From the NCBI GenBank assembly GCA_019244185.1, contig JAFATB010000014.1, positions 320,001 to 384,000 on the forward strand: 64,000 nucleotides of DNA, written 5' to 3'. Below are positions 27,390 through 38,597 of this stretch, piece by piece. Each line of letters begins with the position of its first letter. Position 1 is the stretch's first letter. Origin of the DNA: Acidobacteriota bacterium (GTDB taxonomy: Bacteria; Acidobacteriota; Thermoanaerobaculia; Gp7-AA8). A program made the translations under genes and the position numbers. A model generated the notes under the pieces. It saw only the letters and a list, made by a program, of their open reading frames with translations, was not told the DNA's origin and ran no database searches.

Positions 27390-29093
27390 ATGGCCGAACT
27401 TCCGGGTATCGAACGCGAGACTCTCGACGTCGACGTGGTGATCGTCGGCGCCGGGCCGGCCGGTCTCGCGGCCGCTTACAAACTCGCCGAGCTGGTTCGC
27501 GCGCACAACGAGAGCGATGCGGAGAAGAAGCTCGAAGGGCTTTCCATCGCCATCCTCGAGAAGGGCAAGGAGATCGGCGCGCACGGGCTCTCCGGCGCGG
27601 TCATGGATCCGCGCGGCATCGCCGAGCTGATGCCGGACTGGCTCGAGCGCGGATGTCCCGTCGAGTCGCCGGTGAAGTCGGACGCGTTCTGGTATCTCCT
27701 CGAGAAGTCGAAGATCGTCGCGCCGGTCATGCCGCCGCCGCTGCAGAACCACGGCAACTACGTCGTCTCGTTGGGCGAGCTCTGTCGCTGGCTGGGACCG
27801 ATCGTCGGCGACATGGGCGTCGATCTCTTCCCCGAGTTCGCCGCGACGCGCGTGCTCGTCGAGAACGGCCGCGTCGTCGGCGTGCGCACGGGAGACAAGG
27901 GCATCGACAAGAACGGACAGCCGAAGCCCAACTTCGAGCCGGGCGTCGACATCCGCGCGAAGCTGACCATCCTCGCCGAAGGTCCGCGCGGCACGCTCGC
28001 CAAGCAGCTCGCGGGACTCTTCCATCTCTATGAAGGCAAGAACCCGCAGGTGTACTCGGTCGGCGTGAAGGAGCTCTGGCAACTGCCGGACGATCGCTAT
28101 CCCGCGGGTAGCGTCATTCACACGCTCGGCCATCCGCTCGACATGGACACGTTCGGCGGCGCCTTCATCTACGGGATGAAAGACCGCATCGTCGACATCG
28201 GACTCGTCGTCGGTCTCGATTACAAGAACCCGACGCTCGATCCGCACAACGAGCTGCAGCGCCTCAAGCTGCATCCATCGGTGCGCGCGATCCTCGAGGG
28301 CGGCAAGCTCATCGCCGCGGGCGCGAAGGCGATTCCGGAAGGCGGCTACTACTCGATGCCGCGCCTCTACGGCGACGGCTTCATGATCCTCGGCGACTCC
28401 GGCGGCTTCCTCAACGGCGCGCGCCTCAAAGGGATTCACCTCGCGTTCAAGTCGGGCATCCTCGCGGCCGAAGCGGCGTTCCACGCGCTCCTCGGCGACG
28501 ACTACTCCGCGAACCAGCTGCAGGAATACGAGACGCTCTTCGAGGCGTCGTGGGCGAAGGAAGAGCTGTGGAAGCAGCGCAACTTCCATCAGGCGTTCGA
28601 CAGCGGCCAGCTCGCCGGCATGATCAACGCGGGCCTCGGCATGGTGACGGGCGGACGCGGCTTCGGCGTCGCGAACCGCCTCGAAGGCCACGCGGGACAC
28701 GAGCGGATGGTGCGCATCAAACGCTACTTCGGCGCGGACGATCCGCATCCGCCGGCGAAAGTGAAGTACGACGGCCAGTACACGTTCGACAAGGTGACGA
28801 ACGTCTACAACGGCGGCGTGATCCACGAGGAGAATCAGCCGGCGCATCTGCTGATCCTCGACACCGAGGTGTGCATCACGCGCTGCACGGAAGAGTATGG
28901 AAATCCGTGCTTTCACTTCTGTCCCGCGAGCGTCTACGAGCCGAAACCGACGGCGGACGGGCGCGGCAAGGTGCCGTTCCTCAACTTCACGAACTGCTTT
29001 CACTGCAAGACCTGCGACATCATGGATCCGTATCAGGTGATCACCTGGGTGCCGCCGGAGGGCGGCGGCGGGCCGGATTACAAGAAGCTCTGA
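27390..29093 (+). CDS. Electron transfer flavoprotein-ubiquinone oxidoreductase
   Basis: FAD motif GAGPAGL, KGIHLAFKSG, C-terminal Fe-S CFHFCPA...CFHCKTCDIMDP; ATG 27390 follows GAGGAG (alternative start 27354). Confidence 0.95.
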   Translation: MAELPGIERETLDVDVVIVGAGPAGLAAAYKLAELVRAHNESDAEKKLEGLSIAILEKGKEIGAHGLSGAVMDPRGIAELMPDWLERGCPVESPVKSDAFWYLLEKSKIVAPVMPPPLQNHGNYVVSLGELCRWLGPIVGDMGVDLFPEFAATRVLVENGRVVGVRTGDKGIDKNGQPKPNFEPGVDIRAKLTILAEGPRGTLAKQLAGLFHLYEGKNPQVYSVGVKELWQLPDDRYPAGSVIHTLGHPLDMDTFGGAFIYGMKDRIVDIGLVVGLDYKNPTLDPHNELQRLKLHPSVRAILEGGKLIAAGAKAIPEGGYYSMPRLYGDGFMILGDSGGFLNGARLKGIHLAFKSGILAAEAAFHALLGDDYSANQLQEYETLFEASWAKEELWKQRNFHQAFDSGQLAGMINAGLGMVTGGRGFGVANRLEGHAGHERMVRIKRYFGADDPHPPAKVKYDGQYTFDKVTNVYNGGVIHEENQPAHLLILDTEVCITRCTEEYGNPCFHFCPASVYEPKPTADGRGKVPFLNFTNCFHCKTCDIMDPYQVITWVPPEGGGGPDYKKL

Positions 29094-29112
29094 GCCCGAC
29101 GCCGCGCGATTG

Positions 29113-31461
29113 ATGCGCAACGTCATCCGCTACGCGATCGCGGTCGTGACGACGGCCGCGGCCATCGCGCTCACGCACGGTCTGGCGGCGTTCCTCGCGC
29201 CGATGCGGCTCTTCTTCCTGTGGGCGGCGGTGCTGACCACCGCGGTTGTGGCGGGCACCGGACCGGCGATCGTGTCGATCGTGATCTGCTGCTTCGCGGC
29301 GGCGTTCCTGATCCTGCCGCCGCTCGGCTCGTTCGCGGTGCACAGCATGCTCGACGCGGTGCGGCTCGCGCTCTTCGCCTCGTTCGCGACCGGCATCAGC
29401 ATCGCCGTCGGCGCGCGCCGACGCGCGGAACAGCGCGCGGCGGCGGCGAACGAACGGCTCGCGCGGAGCGAGCTGCGCTACCGCACGCTCGTCGAGTCGG
29501 CGCCGTCCGCGCAGGCGCTGTGGCGCGCGACGTCGGACGGCCGCATCGAATGGTCCGACGAATGGGGCGCGATCATCGGGCAGACGCGCGAGGAGTTCGA
29601 GGCCGGCGGCCGCGCGCGCGTCCTGCATCCGGACGACTCCGCGCGCACGATCGCGCTGTGGCGCGCGGCGCGCGACACCCGCACCGCCTACGAGGACGAG
29701 ATCCGCGTGCGCGTGGCGAACGGCCGCTATCGCTGGTTCACCATCAAAGCGGTGCCGGTGTTCGACGGCGCCGCTCTGCGCGAATGGATCGGCGTCACCG
29801 CCGACATCCACGAGCGCAAGCAGCACGAGGAGCACGCGGCGTTCATCAATCGCGCGACGGAGGTGCTGTCGGCGTCGCTCGATTACGAAGAGACGCTGCG
29901 CAGTTTCGCGCGGCTGTGCGTGCCCGCCCTCGGCGACTGGTGCGCGATCGACATCGTGCGCGACGCCGGACCGTACCAGCGCCTCGTCGTCGAGCACACC
30001 GATCCCGCGCGCGTCGAGCTCGCGTTCGAGCTGGACCGCCGTTTCCGTCCCGCGCCTCAGGTCGACCCGGTGACGCGCGCGCTCGCGAGCGGCAGGACGC
30101 AGTTCCTCGAGACGATCACGGATGCCGATCTCACTTCCATCGCGCGCGACGCCGAGCATCTCGCGCTCGCGCGCGGACTCGGGCTGCGCTCGTCGATCAT
30201 CGCGCCGATGATCGCGCGCGGGCGCACGTTCGGCGCGCTCGTGCTCGTCACGGGCGAGTCGGAGCGGCATTACGGTGAAGACGATGTGGCGTTCGTCGAA
30301 GACCTCGCGCGGCGCGCGGCGATGGCGCTCGACAACGCGCGCCTGTACGAGGCAGCCGAGGCGGGGAGCCGCGCGAAGGACGAATTCCTGGCGACCCTCT
30401 CGCACGAGCTGCGCACCCCGCTCACCGCGATCGCGGGCTGGGCGCACATGCTCCACCTCGGCCTCGCCGACGAGCAGTCGACGCGCACCGGCATCGAGAC
30501 GATCCTGCGCAGCGCGCGGCAGCAGGGAGAGCTCATCGACGATCTGCTCGATCTCGCGCGCGTGGCGTCCGGCACGCTGCACCTGCAGTTCGCGCCCGCG
30601 GACCTGCGCTCGATCGCGGGCGAAGTCGTCACGGCCGTGCGTCCGACTGCCGAGGCGAAGTCGCTCGCGCTGGCGTTCGACGCGGACGCGCCGGCGGTGC
30701 TCGTGCGCGGCGACGAGCGGCGCCTGCGCCAGATCGTCTGGAACCTCGTGTCGAATGCGGTGAAGTTCACGAAGAGCGGCGGCAGCGTGCGCGTGACGCT
30801 GACGACGCGCGACGGCCATGCGCGCGTCGACGTGACCGACAGCGGCCGCGGCGTCGATCCGGCGTTCCTGCCGTATGTCTGGGATCGTTTCCGGCAAGCC
30901 GACAGCAGCACGTCGCGCGAGTTCGGCGGCCTCGGGCTCGGCCTGTCCGTGGTGCGCCATCTCGTCGAGCTGCACGGCGGCACGGTGCACGCTTCGAGTC
31001 CCGGCATCGGAGGCGGCGCGACGTTCGGCTTCGAGGTGCCGCTGCTGCGCGACGGCGAAGAAGAGGCGAGCGCGCCGCGTGCGAAGGCGTTCGGCGAGCT
31101 GCTGCGCGGGCGTCGCGTGCTGGTCGTCGACGATGATGACGACGCGCGGGTCGTCATCGCGAAGATGCTCGAACAGGCCGGCGCGGCGACGACGCCGGCG
31201 AGCTCCGCCGCGGCGGCGATGGAGGCGGTGCGTCGCGAGCGCTTCGACGTGATCGTCAGCGACATCGCCATGCCGGGCGAAGACGGGTACGCGTTCGTGC
31301 GGCGCGTCGGAACGGTGGCGCGCGTGCCGGTGATCGCGGTGTCGGCCATCGCGACCGGCGACGACGACCGCCGCCGCGCGCTCGACGCCGGCTTCGCCGA
31401 GTTCCTCCGCAAGCCGGTCGATCCGCAGCAGCTCGCCGCCGCGGTGGCGCGCTGTCTTTGA
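29113..31461 (+). CDS. Hybrid sensor histidine kinase/response regulator (TM-PAS-GAF-HisKA-HATPase-REC)
   Basis: FLATLSHELRTPL, NLVSNAVKFT, GGLGLGLS, VLVVDDD, SDIAMPGEDG. Confidence 0.93.
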   Translation: MRNVIRYAIAVVTTAAAIALTHGLAAFLAPMRLFFLWAAVLTTAVVAGTGPAIVSIVICCFAAAFLILPPLGSFAVHSMLDAVRLALFASFATGISIAVGARRRAEQRAAAANERLARSELRYRTLVESAPSAQALWRATSDGRIEWSDEWGAIIGQTREEFEAGGRARVLHPDDSARTIALWRAARDTRTAYEDEIRVRVANGRYRWFTIKAVPVFDGAALREWIGVTADIHERKQHEEHAAFINRATEVLSASLDYEETLRSFARLCVPALGDWCAIDIVRDAGPYQRLVVEHTDPARVELAFELDRRFRPAPQVDPVTRALASGRTQFLETITDADLTSIARDAEHLALARGLGLRSSIIAPMIARGRTFGALVLVTGESERHYGEDDVAFVEDLARRAAMALDNARLYEAAEAGSRAKDEFLATLSHELRTPLTAIAGWAHMLHLGLADEQSTRTGIETILRSARQQGELIDDLLDLARVASGTLHLQFAPADLRSIAGEVVTAVRPTAEAKSLALAFDADAPAVLVRGDERRLRQIVWNLVSNAVKFTKSGGSVRVTLTTRDGHARVDVTDSGRGVDPAFLPYVWDRFRQADSSTSREFGGLGLGLSVVRHLVELHGGTVHASSPGIGGGATFGFEVPLLRDGEEEASAPRAKAFGELLRGRRVLVVDDDDDARVVIAKMLEQAGAATTPASSAAAAMEAVRRERFDVIVSDIAMPGEDGYAFVRRVGTVARVPVIAVSAIATGDDDRRRALDAGFAEFLRKPVDPQQLAAAVARCL

Positions 31462-31621
31462 GGAACCTCTGCACGAGTCGGAGCCGTGCCGTTGCGGCGG
31501 CGCTGCGCCGTCTGCCGCGCCGTCGCTCCTCAGCGATATCCCGCATCGCCTCGTCGCGACGACTCGCATCCGTCACAGCGGCGCCCGCAACGGCATGGCT
31601 CCGACTCGTGCAGAAGTTCCT
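31461..31621. mobile_element. MITE-like element with 37-bp terminal inverted repeats
   Basis: AGGAACCTCTGCACGAGTCGGAGCCGTGCCGTTGCGG (31461-31497) matches the reverse complement of 31585-31621 at 35/37; no ORF. Confidence 0.6.
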
Positions 31622-31679
31622 AAAATAAGCCGGGCACGGAATTCGTTACCTCGTCGACCTGCGCGACGTAAACATCACG

Positions 31680-32638
<959 letters not shown>

Positions 32639-32642
<4 letters not shown>

Positions 32643-33694
32643 ACCGCGCGCTCGCGGCCGCCGTCGTGCTGCTCGCGGCGCTGCCGCTGCACGCGCACGA
32701 TGACGACGCGCCGCGCGCGGATCCGAAGATCGTTGCGTACGCGCTGAGCTCACCCGAGCGCGCGTGGAACTTCATCACGGCGCCGGAGTCGGCATACGCG
32801 GAGCGGCTCGCGGTCGCGCGCGAGGCGGCGACGAAGTTTCCTCTGGCGGCGTTAGTGCCGCGTTACTTCGAAACCAGCGGCGTGACGGCGGAGCGGTATC
32901 CGGAAGAGCGGCCGAATGGCGTGCACAGCTACGAGGTCCGCGCGGACGTCACTCCGGTGATCGACCTCGCTCCGCATGTGGTGTCTTCGCGGTCGACCGG
33001 TCGTCCGCTGACGTTCGCCGAACGCGCGCGCCAGCCGTGGCAGCAACAGGTCTCCGACGCCGCAGCCGCGTACTGGCAGACGCTGCAGCGCACGCGGACG
33101 GCGGACGACTGGTACGCGTACGCGCGCACGCTGCCGTGCCGCTCGCGCGTGGACGTGGCCCGTTTCCGCCAAGTCGTGCGAGCCGGGGCCATCCATGCGG
33201 ACGTTCCTCCCGACGACATCGCCGGCGCGTGGCGCAATCTCATCCGCCGCTCCGGCGCCGAGGTGGAGTGGTCGGCCGATGACGTCTTCCGCAATCCGCG
33301 CGGTCGCGAAGCGATGGCGGCGCTGCTGCTGCTCGAGCTGGTGAAACGCGATCACGTCTACGAGGCCGCGTTCTACACCGGCTACATGACCGGCATCCCC
33401 GCCGCGGAGCCGCTGCGCGATGCGGTCGCGTACGAGGCCGGCCGGCGCATTCTCGCGAACAGCGAGATCCGTTCGTACGAGCGCGCCACGGGCGGCTTTC
33501 TGCTCGCGAAGATGTACGGCGACATGCTCGCGCCGTACGACGACACGCTGTTCGAAGCGAAGCACGCAGCGCTGATCGCCGCTTTCACGCGTTGGTTCGC
33601 CGCGCACGAGGAGACGCTCGCCGCACGCGCGCGCCTTGCAGCGCCGGCTATCGCCGCCGCGGAGGCGCGCTACACCTCGGAGCTCTGCAAATGA
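32639..33694 (+). CDS. Hypothetical exported protein, paralog A
   Basis: GTG overlapping moxR stop; signal peptide NRALAAAVVLLAALPLHA; similar to next gene. Confidence 0.75.
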
Positions 33695-34749
33695 GACGCG
33701 CGCTCGCGGCCGTCTTCGTGATCCTCGCGGCGCTGCCGCTGCACGCGCAGGATGACGATGCGTCGCGCGCGGATCCGAAGATCGTCGCGTACGCGCTGAG
33801 CTCCACGGAGCGGGCGTGGAACTTCATCACGGCGCCGGAGTCCGGCTACGCGGAACGGCTCGCCGTCGCGCGCAAGGCCGCGCTCGCGCTGCCGCTGTCG
33901 TACCTTCCGCGATACTTCGCGGCGCGCGACGCGACCAACGGCCGCTGGTACGTGCAGATGCCGCCGGAAAGCGCCTTTGCCACGGTCTACATTCCTCAGC
34001 CGCACGGCACGATCGAGGTCCTCGGACATCTGTTCCAGGTGCCGGAGAAGCTGATTCCGTTTCCGAGGACATTCGAAGAGCGCGCGCGTACGCCGTGGCC
34101 GTGGCAGGTCTCCCGCGCGCTGGCGGAGTACTGGCAGGAGCTCGTCCGCCATCGGCCCGCGGACGAACTGTTCGCGTACGCGCGCACGATGCCGTGTCGG
34201 TCGGACGAGGAGCAGCGGCGGTTCCTCGACATCACGTATCTCTCGCTCGTTTTTCCGGCGGTCGCGCCGGACGACATCGAAGGTGCGTGGCGCAACATCG
34301 TGCGCCGTCAGGAGGGCGGTGCCGCGATCCTCGTCAACGGCGCGATTCCGGCACAGGGACGGGAGATGCTCGTCGCGCTCGTTGCGCTGGAGCTCGCGCG
34401 GCAGGACAAGGTCAGCACCGCCGCGTTCCATCTGAAAACGCTCGTTTCGGATGTGGATGATGCGGACGTACGCGACTTTCTCGCCTACGAGATCGGCCGC
34501 CGCATCGTTGCCAATCGCGCCATCTCTCTCGACGAGAGAGCCGACGCCGGCTTCATGGTCGCTTGGACGTACGACGACAAGCTCATTCCGCTCGAGAAGC
34601 GCTACAGCAAAGAACTGTACCCGGCGCTGATCGCCGCGTTCACGCAATGGTTCGCCGCGCACGAGGAGACGCTCGCCGCACGTGCGCGACTCGCGGCGCC
34701 GGCCATCGCCGCCGCGGAGGCGCGCTACACGTCGGAGCTCTGCAAGTGA
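33691..34749 (+). CDS. Hypothetical exported protein, paralog B
   Basis: ATGA overlap; signal peptide MRRALAAVFVILAALPLHA; near-identical termini to paralog A. Confidence 0.75.
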   Translation: MRRALAAVFVILAALPLHAQDDDASRADPKIVAYALSSTERAWNFITAPESGYAERLAVARKAALALPLSYLPRYFAARDATNGRWYVQMPPESAFATVYIPQPHGTIEVLGHLFQVPEKLIPFPRTFEERARTPWPWQVSRALAEYWQELVRHRPADELFAYARTMPCRSDEEQRRFLDITYLSLVFPAVAPDDIEGAWRNIVRRQEGGAAILVNGAIPAQGREMLVALVALELARQDKVSTAAFHLKTLVSDVDDADVRDFLAYEIGRRIVANRAISLDERADAGFMVAWTYDDKLIPLEKRYSKELYPALIAAFTQWFAAHEETLAARARLAAPAIAAAEARYTSELCK

Positions 34750-35735
34750 GCTTCGAGTTCAACGGCGTCGTGCGCCTCACGCGCATCGGCACGACCTACA
34801 TCCTCTCCACGATCGTCCTCGCCGTGGCCGCGCTGAACACGGGCAACAACGCGCTCTACATCGCCGTGTCGTTCATGCTCGGCTGCCTGCTGCTCTCCGG
34901 CATGGCCTCGCGCGGCGGACTGAAAAGCATCACCGTCGAAGTCGGCGGCATCGGCGAGGCGTGGGCGGAACATCCCGCCGACGGCACGCTGCGCGTCCGC
35001 AACCGCTCGCGCATCTGGAACGTGCGCGACGTCGTGCTCGTCTCCGACAGCCTCGCCGCGCCGGTGCTGATCCCGCTCCTGCCGCGCCGCGCCGAACGGC
35101 TCGTGCCCGCGTCGTTCCTCTTCCATCGCCGCGGCCTCGCGCGCGTCACCGCCGTCGACTCGTACACGCGCTATCCGTTCGGCTTCTTTCTCAAGAAGCG
35201 CCGCCTGCGCGTCGCCAGCGAAGTGGTCGTCTTTCCGAAGATCCTCGCGAACGCGGCACTCGAAGAACGCTACCGCGCCGTCGCGGGCGAGGACGCGGGC
35301 TCGCAGCGTCCCGGCGCCGGCTCGGAGATCCACGCGTTCCGCGAGTACACGCGCGGCGACTCGCTGCGTCACGTGCACTGGAAAAAGTCCGCGAGCCTCG
35401 GCCGCTGGATCATGAAGCAGACCGAGCTCGAGTCCGCGCGCTCGGTGCACGTGGTCGTCGATCCGTACAAGCCGCGCGAGGTCAGCGACGCGGCGTTCGA
35501 GGAGATGATCAGCGCCGCGGCGACATTCCTCCTCGATGCCTCGCGCCGCGGCGCCGACGTCACGCTCTCGCTGCCGCGCGTCGACCTCCGCGCGCGCTCC
35601 GGCGAGTCCGCCGCGCCGCTCTTCCGCGCGCTCGCGCTCCTCGAGCCGCGCTTCGAGCCGCTGCACGCGACCATCGATCGCGACACCGTCTTCTTCTCGG
35701 CCGCCGGAGGGACTCGTGTCCAGCAAAGCGCGTGA
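34746..35735 (+). CDS. DUF58 domain protein
   Basis: AALNTGNNALY, YPFGFF, FREYTRGDSLRHVHWKKSA; GTGA overlap; moxR context. Confidence 0.9.
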   Translation: MSFEFNGVVRLTRIGTTYILSTIVLAVAALNTGNNALYIAVSFMLGCLLLSGMASRGGLKSITVEVGGIGEAWAEHPADGTLRVRNRSRIWNVRDVVLVSDSLAAPVLIPLLPRRAERLVPASFLFHRRGLARVTAVDSYTRYPFGFFLKKRRLRVASEVVVFPKILANAALEERYRAVAGEDAGSQRPGAGSEIHAFREYTRGDSLRHVHWKKSASLGRWIMKQTELESARSVHVVVDPYKPREVSDAAFEEMISAAATFLLDASRRGADVTLSLPRVDLRARSGESAAPLFRALALLEPRFEPLHATIDRDTVFFSAAGGTRVQQSA

Positions 35736-37692
35736 GCTCGAGGCGCTGGCGCTGCCGACGTTCGCCGCGGTGCCGCTGTATCTCACGGCCGCGATCGGCG
35801 TGCTGCCGCTGATTTTCTTCCACGTGGTGATGCTCGGCATCGCCGTGCGCGTCGCCTCCGGACGCGGACCCGATCTCTTCCCCGCGCGCCTCATGCGCTG
35901 GATCGCCGTCGCCTACGTGCCGTTCTACGTCGTCGACGCGGCCGTGCTCTCGCGCAGCGCGATCGCGGCGTCGACGCACCTCGTGCTCTTCATCGCCGCG
36001 TATCAGCCGAGCGAGTCGGTGCTCCGCCAGAACCACGCGCAGCGGATGCTCACCGCCGCGCTCATCGCCGTGGCAAGCCTCGCGACGTCGACGCACATCA
36101 CGGTGGTGCTGTTCGTGATCGGCTTCGCGTTCCTGATGTTCCGCCAGCTCGTCTTCGCGAGCCACGCGGAAACGATGCGCTCCCTCGGCCGCACCTACGA
36201 GGACGCGCCGTCCGGCCGCGCGGCGCTCTTCTATCTCACCGGCGCGACGCTCATCGGCGCACTGCTCTTTCCGCTCCTGCCGCGCGTGCGCAATCCGTTC
36301 ATGCAAGGCATCACCGGCTCGCTGCCCGGCGCGACGACCGCGCTCAGCGAGACGATCGATTTCCGCGAGCCGCGCGTGACGCCGGGCGATGCCACCGTCG
36401 TCGCGCGCATCTGGATGAACGAGCGCACCGCCGCGCTGTTCACGCCCGTGCGCCTGCGCGGGACGCTGTACGACCACTGGGACGGCGGCGAATGGATCCA
36501 GTCGTTCCGCGGCCTGCGCGAGGTCGTGCCGCACGGCGGCGTCTATCAGGTCGAGAAACCCGGCGGCGAAGTCCGCGACGCGGTGATCCAGCTGCGCCCG
36601 CAGCAGGGCCGCCTTTATCTCCCGTCCGGCACGTTTGCGATGACGGGCATCAACAGCCTCTACGAAGGTCCCACGCGCGGCGCGTACTACACGTACCAGA
36701 ACGGCACGCTGAATTTCGATCTGCGCCTCGCCACGGAAACCGCGCCGCTGCGCCCGCAACGCATCCGCCCCACCGGTTATCCCATTCGCCCGGAGATCGC
36801 CGCGCTCGCTCACGGGATCATTGGCAACGAGCAGCGCCCCGAACGCCGCGCGCGCCTCATCGAGCAGTGGATGCTCCGCAACTTCCGCTACGTGCCGAAC
36901 CCCGCGACGCCCGACCACCCGATGACGGTCGACGATTTTCTGCTGCACGTCCGCGCCGGCCACTGCGAGTACTTCGCCGCGGGTATGGTCGTGCTGCTGA
37001 CCGCCGTCGACGTGCCCGCGCGCATCGCCGGCGGTTTCTACGGCGGCCGCTACAACCCGCTCGCGCGCTACTACACGCTGCGCCGCGAGGACGCGCACGC
37101 ATGGACGGAAGTGTGGGACGGCGCGCGCTGGCAGACGTTCGACTCGACCCCGCCCTCCCTCCGCCCCGGCAGCGACGCGCCGTCCGCTCTCCGCGCGTAT
37201 TTCGCCGCGCTCGCCGATTCGGTCACCTACGTCTGGGACCGCTACGTCCTCACCTTCGGTCTCTCGGATCAGATCGCACTCTTCTCCGACCTCTTCACGT
37301 GGATCCGCGACGCCGCCGCGGTCGTCCGCCTGCACGCGATGACGGCGACCGAATCGGCCTCGTCTCTCGCCTTACCTCTCACCGCACTCGCATTGCTCGC
37401 TCTCGCAACGACGCTCCTGCTCCGCCGCCGGCGCGGCGTCTTCGATCTCCTTGCCCGCGCCCTCGCCGAACGCGGCGTCGCCATCACGCCGTCGATGACG
37501 GTCGAAGACGCACTGCGCGAACTGCGCACCCGCGACAAAGCATCCGCCGACGCGCTTACTCCGCTCGCCGCCCTCTACGAACAAGCCAAGTTCTCGCGCG
37601 ATCCTGCGCGCGTACGCCGCCGCGACTTCCGACGGAGGCTGGAAGCCGACGAGGAGCGCCTCCGGCGGGCCGGCGCGGCCGGCAGCGCTTAG
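35716..37692 (+). CDS. Membrane transglutaminase-like protein (TgpA-like, DUF3488 plus transglutaminase)
   Basis: TM N-terminus; catalytic triad motifs GHCEYFA, AHAWTEV, FDSTP. Confidence 0.9.
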   Translation: MSSKARELEALALPTFAAVPLYLTAAIGVLPLIFFHVVMLGIAVRVASGRGPDLFPARLMRWIAVAYVPFYVVDAAVLSRSAIAASTHLVLFIAAYQPSESVLRQNHAQRMLTAALIAVASLATSTHITVVLFVIGFAFLMFRQLVFASHAETMRSLGRTYEDAPSGRAALFYLTGATLIGALLFPLLPRVRNPFMQGITGSLPGATTALSETIDFREPRVTPGDATVVARIWMNERTAALFTPVRLRGTLYDHWDGGEWIQSFRGLREVVPHGGVYQVEKPGGEVRDAVIQLRPQQGRLYLPSGTFAMTGINSLYEGPTRGAYYTYQNGTLNFDLRLATETAPLRPQRIRPTGYPIRPEIAALAHGIIGNEQRPERRARLIEQWMLRNFRYVPNPATPDHPMTVDDFLLHVRAGHCEYFAAGMVVLLTAVDVPARIAGGFYGGRYNPLARYYTLRREDAHAWTEVWDGARWQTFDSTPPSLRPGSDAPSALRAYFAALADSVTYVWDRYVLTFGLSDQIALFSDLFTWIRDAAAVVRLHAMTATESASSLALPLTALALLALATTLLLRRRRGVFDLLARALAERGVAITPSMTVEDALRELRTRDKASADALTPLAALYEQAKFSRDPARVRRRDFRRRLEADEERLRRAGAAGSA

Positions 37693-37805
37693 GGCTTAGC
37701 CAGTACTCACGTGCGGCTGCGATCAACGTCGTTCACGGCAGCCGCACGTGCGGATCGGCTAAGCCCTAAGCGCTGCCGGCCGCGCCGGCCCGCCGGAGGC
37801 GCTCC
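37653..37805. repeat. Long palindromic element (REPIN/MITE-like), copy 1
   Basis: Perfect 49-bp inverted repeat 37653-37701/37757-37805 plus inner perfect 13-bp IR CACGTGCGGCTGC 37708-37720/37738-37750. Confidence 0.9.
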
Positions 37806-37817
37806 CGGTCGGTCTCC

Positions 37818-38555
37818 CTACGTCCCGCGTGGCAGTCGGCGCGGGTTGCGCATCAACGTGGCCATTTCGCGGACGGCGGCTTCGAGGCCGACGAGGGACG
37901 CGCGGGCGATGATCGAGTGGCCGATGTTCAGCTCCTCGATCTCGGCGATTGTGGCGATGCCGTCGATGTTGCGGTAGTTCAGGCCGTGGCCCGCGTAGAC
38001 GGTGAGGCCGAGTTTTTTGGCGGCGCGCGCGGCGGTCGCGATTTTCTCGAGCTCGGGCGCCCACGCGCCGCTTTTCCACGCGTCCGCGTACTTGCCGGTA
38101 TTGATCTCGATTTTAGGAGCGCGGAGCTTGTGGCAGTGGCGGATCTGGTCGATCGACGGATCGACGAAGACGGAGACATCGATGCGCGCGTCGAGCAGCT
38201 GGTTGATCGCCTTCTCGATGTTGCCGGAGTGCAGCATCACATCGAGCCCGCCCTCGGTCGTGATCTCGTCCTTGCGTTCGGGGACGAGGGTCACCTGATG
38301 CGGTTTGATCGTTTGGGCGATGCGCATCATCTCCGTGGTCGCGGCCATCTCGACGTTGAGGTGCGTCGCGACCGTCTTGCGCAGCAGTTCCACGTCGCGG
38401 TCCTGGATGTGGCGGCGGTCGCCGCGCAGATGGACCGTGATGCCTTGTGCCCCGGCGAGCTCGCAGAGGACGGCGGCGGCGACGGGATCGGGCTCGTCGG
38501 TCTTGCGGGCTTCGCGGATCGTGGCGATGTGATCGATATTGACGGCCAGGCGCAT
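37818..38555 (-). CDS. pdxJ: Pyridoxine 5'-phosphate synthase
   Basis: LAVNIDHIATIREAR, ITVHLRGDRRHI, TTEGGL, AGHGL, ELNIGHSII. Confidence 0.97.
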   Translation of the reverse strand: MRLAVNIDHIATIREARKTDEPDPVAAAVLCELAGAQGITVHLRGDRRHIQDRDVELLRKTVATHLNVEMAATTEMMRIAQTIKPHQVTLVPERKDEITTEGGLDVMLHSGNIEKAINQLLDARIDVSVFVDPSIDQIRHCHKLRAPKIEINTGKYADAWKSGAWAPELEKIATAARAAKKLGLTVYAGHGLNYRNIDGIATIAEIEELNIGHSIIARASLVGLEAAVREMATLMRNPRRLPRGT

Positions 38556-38597
38556 GACGGCAGGGTAGCGCGTGCTGCATGCGTCATAGACGCGCTG

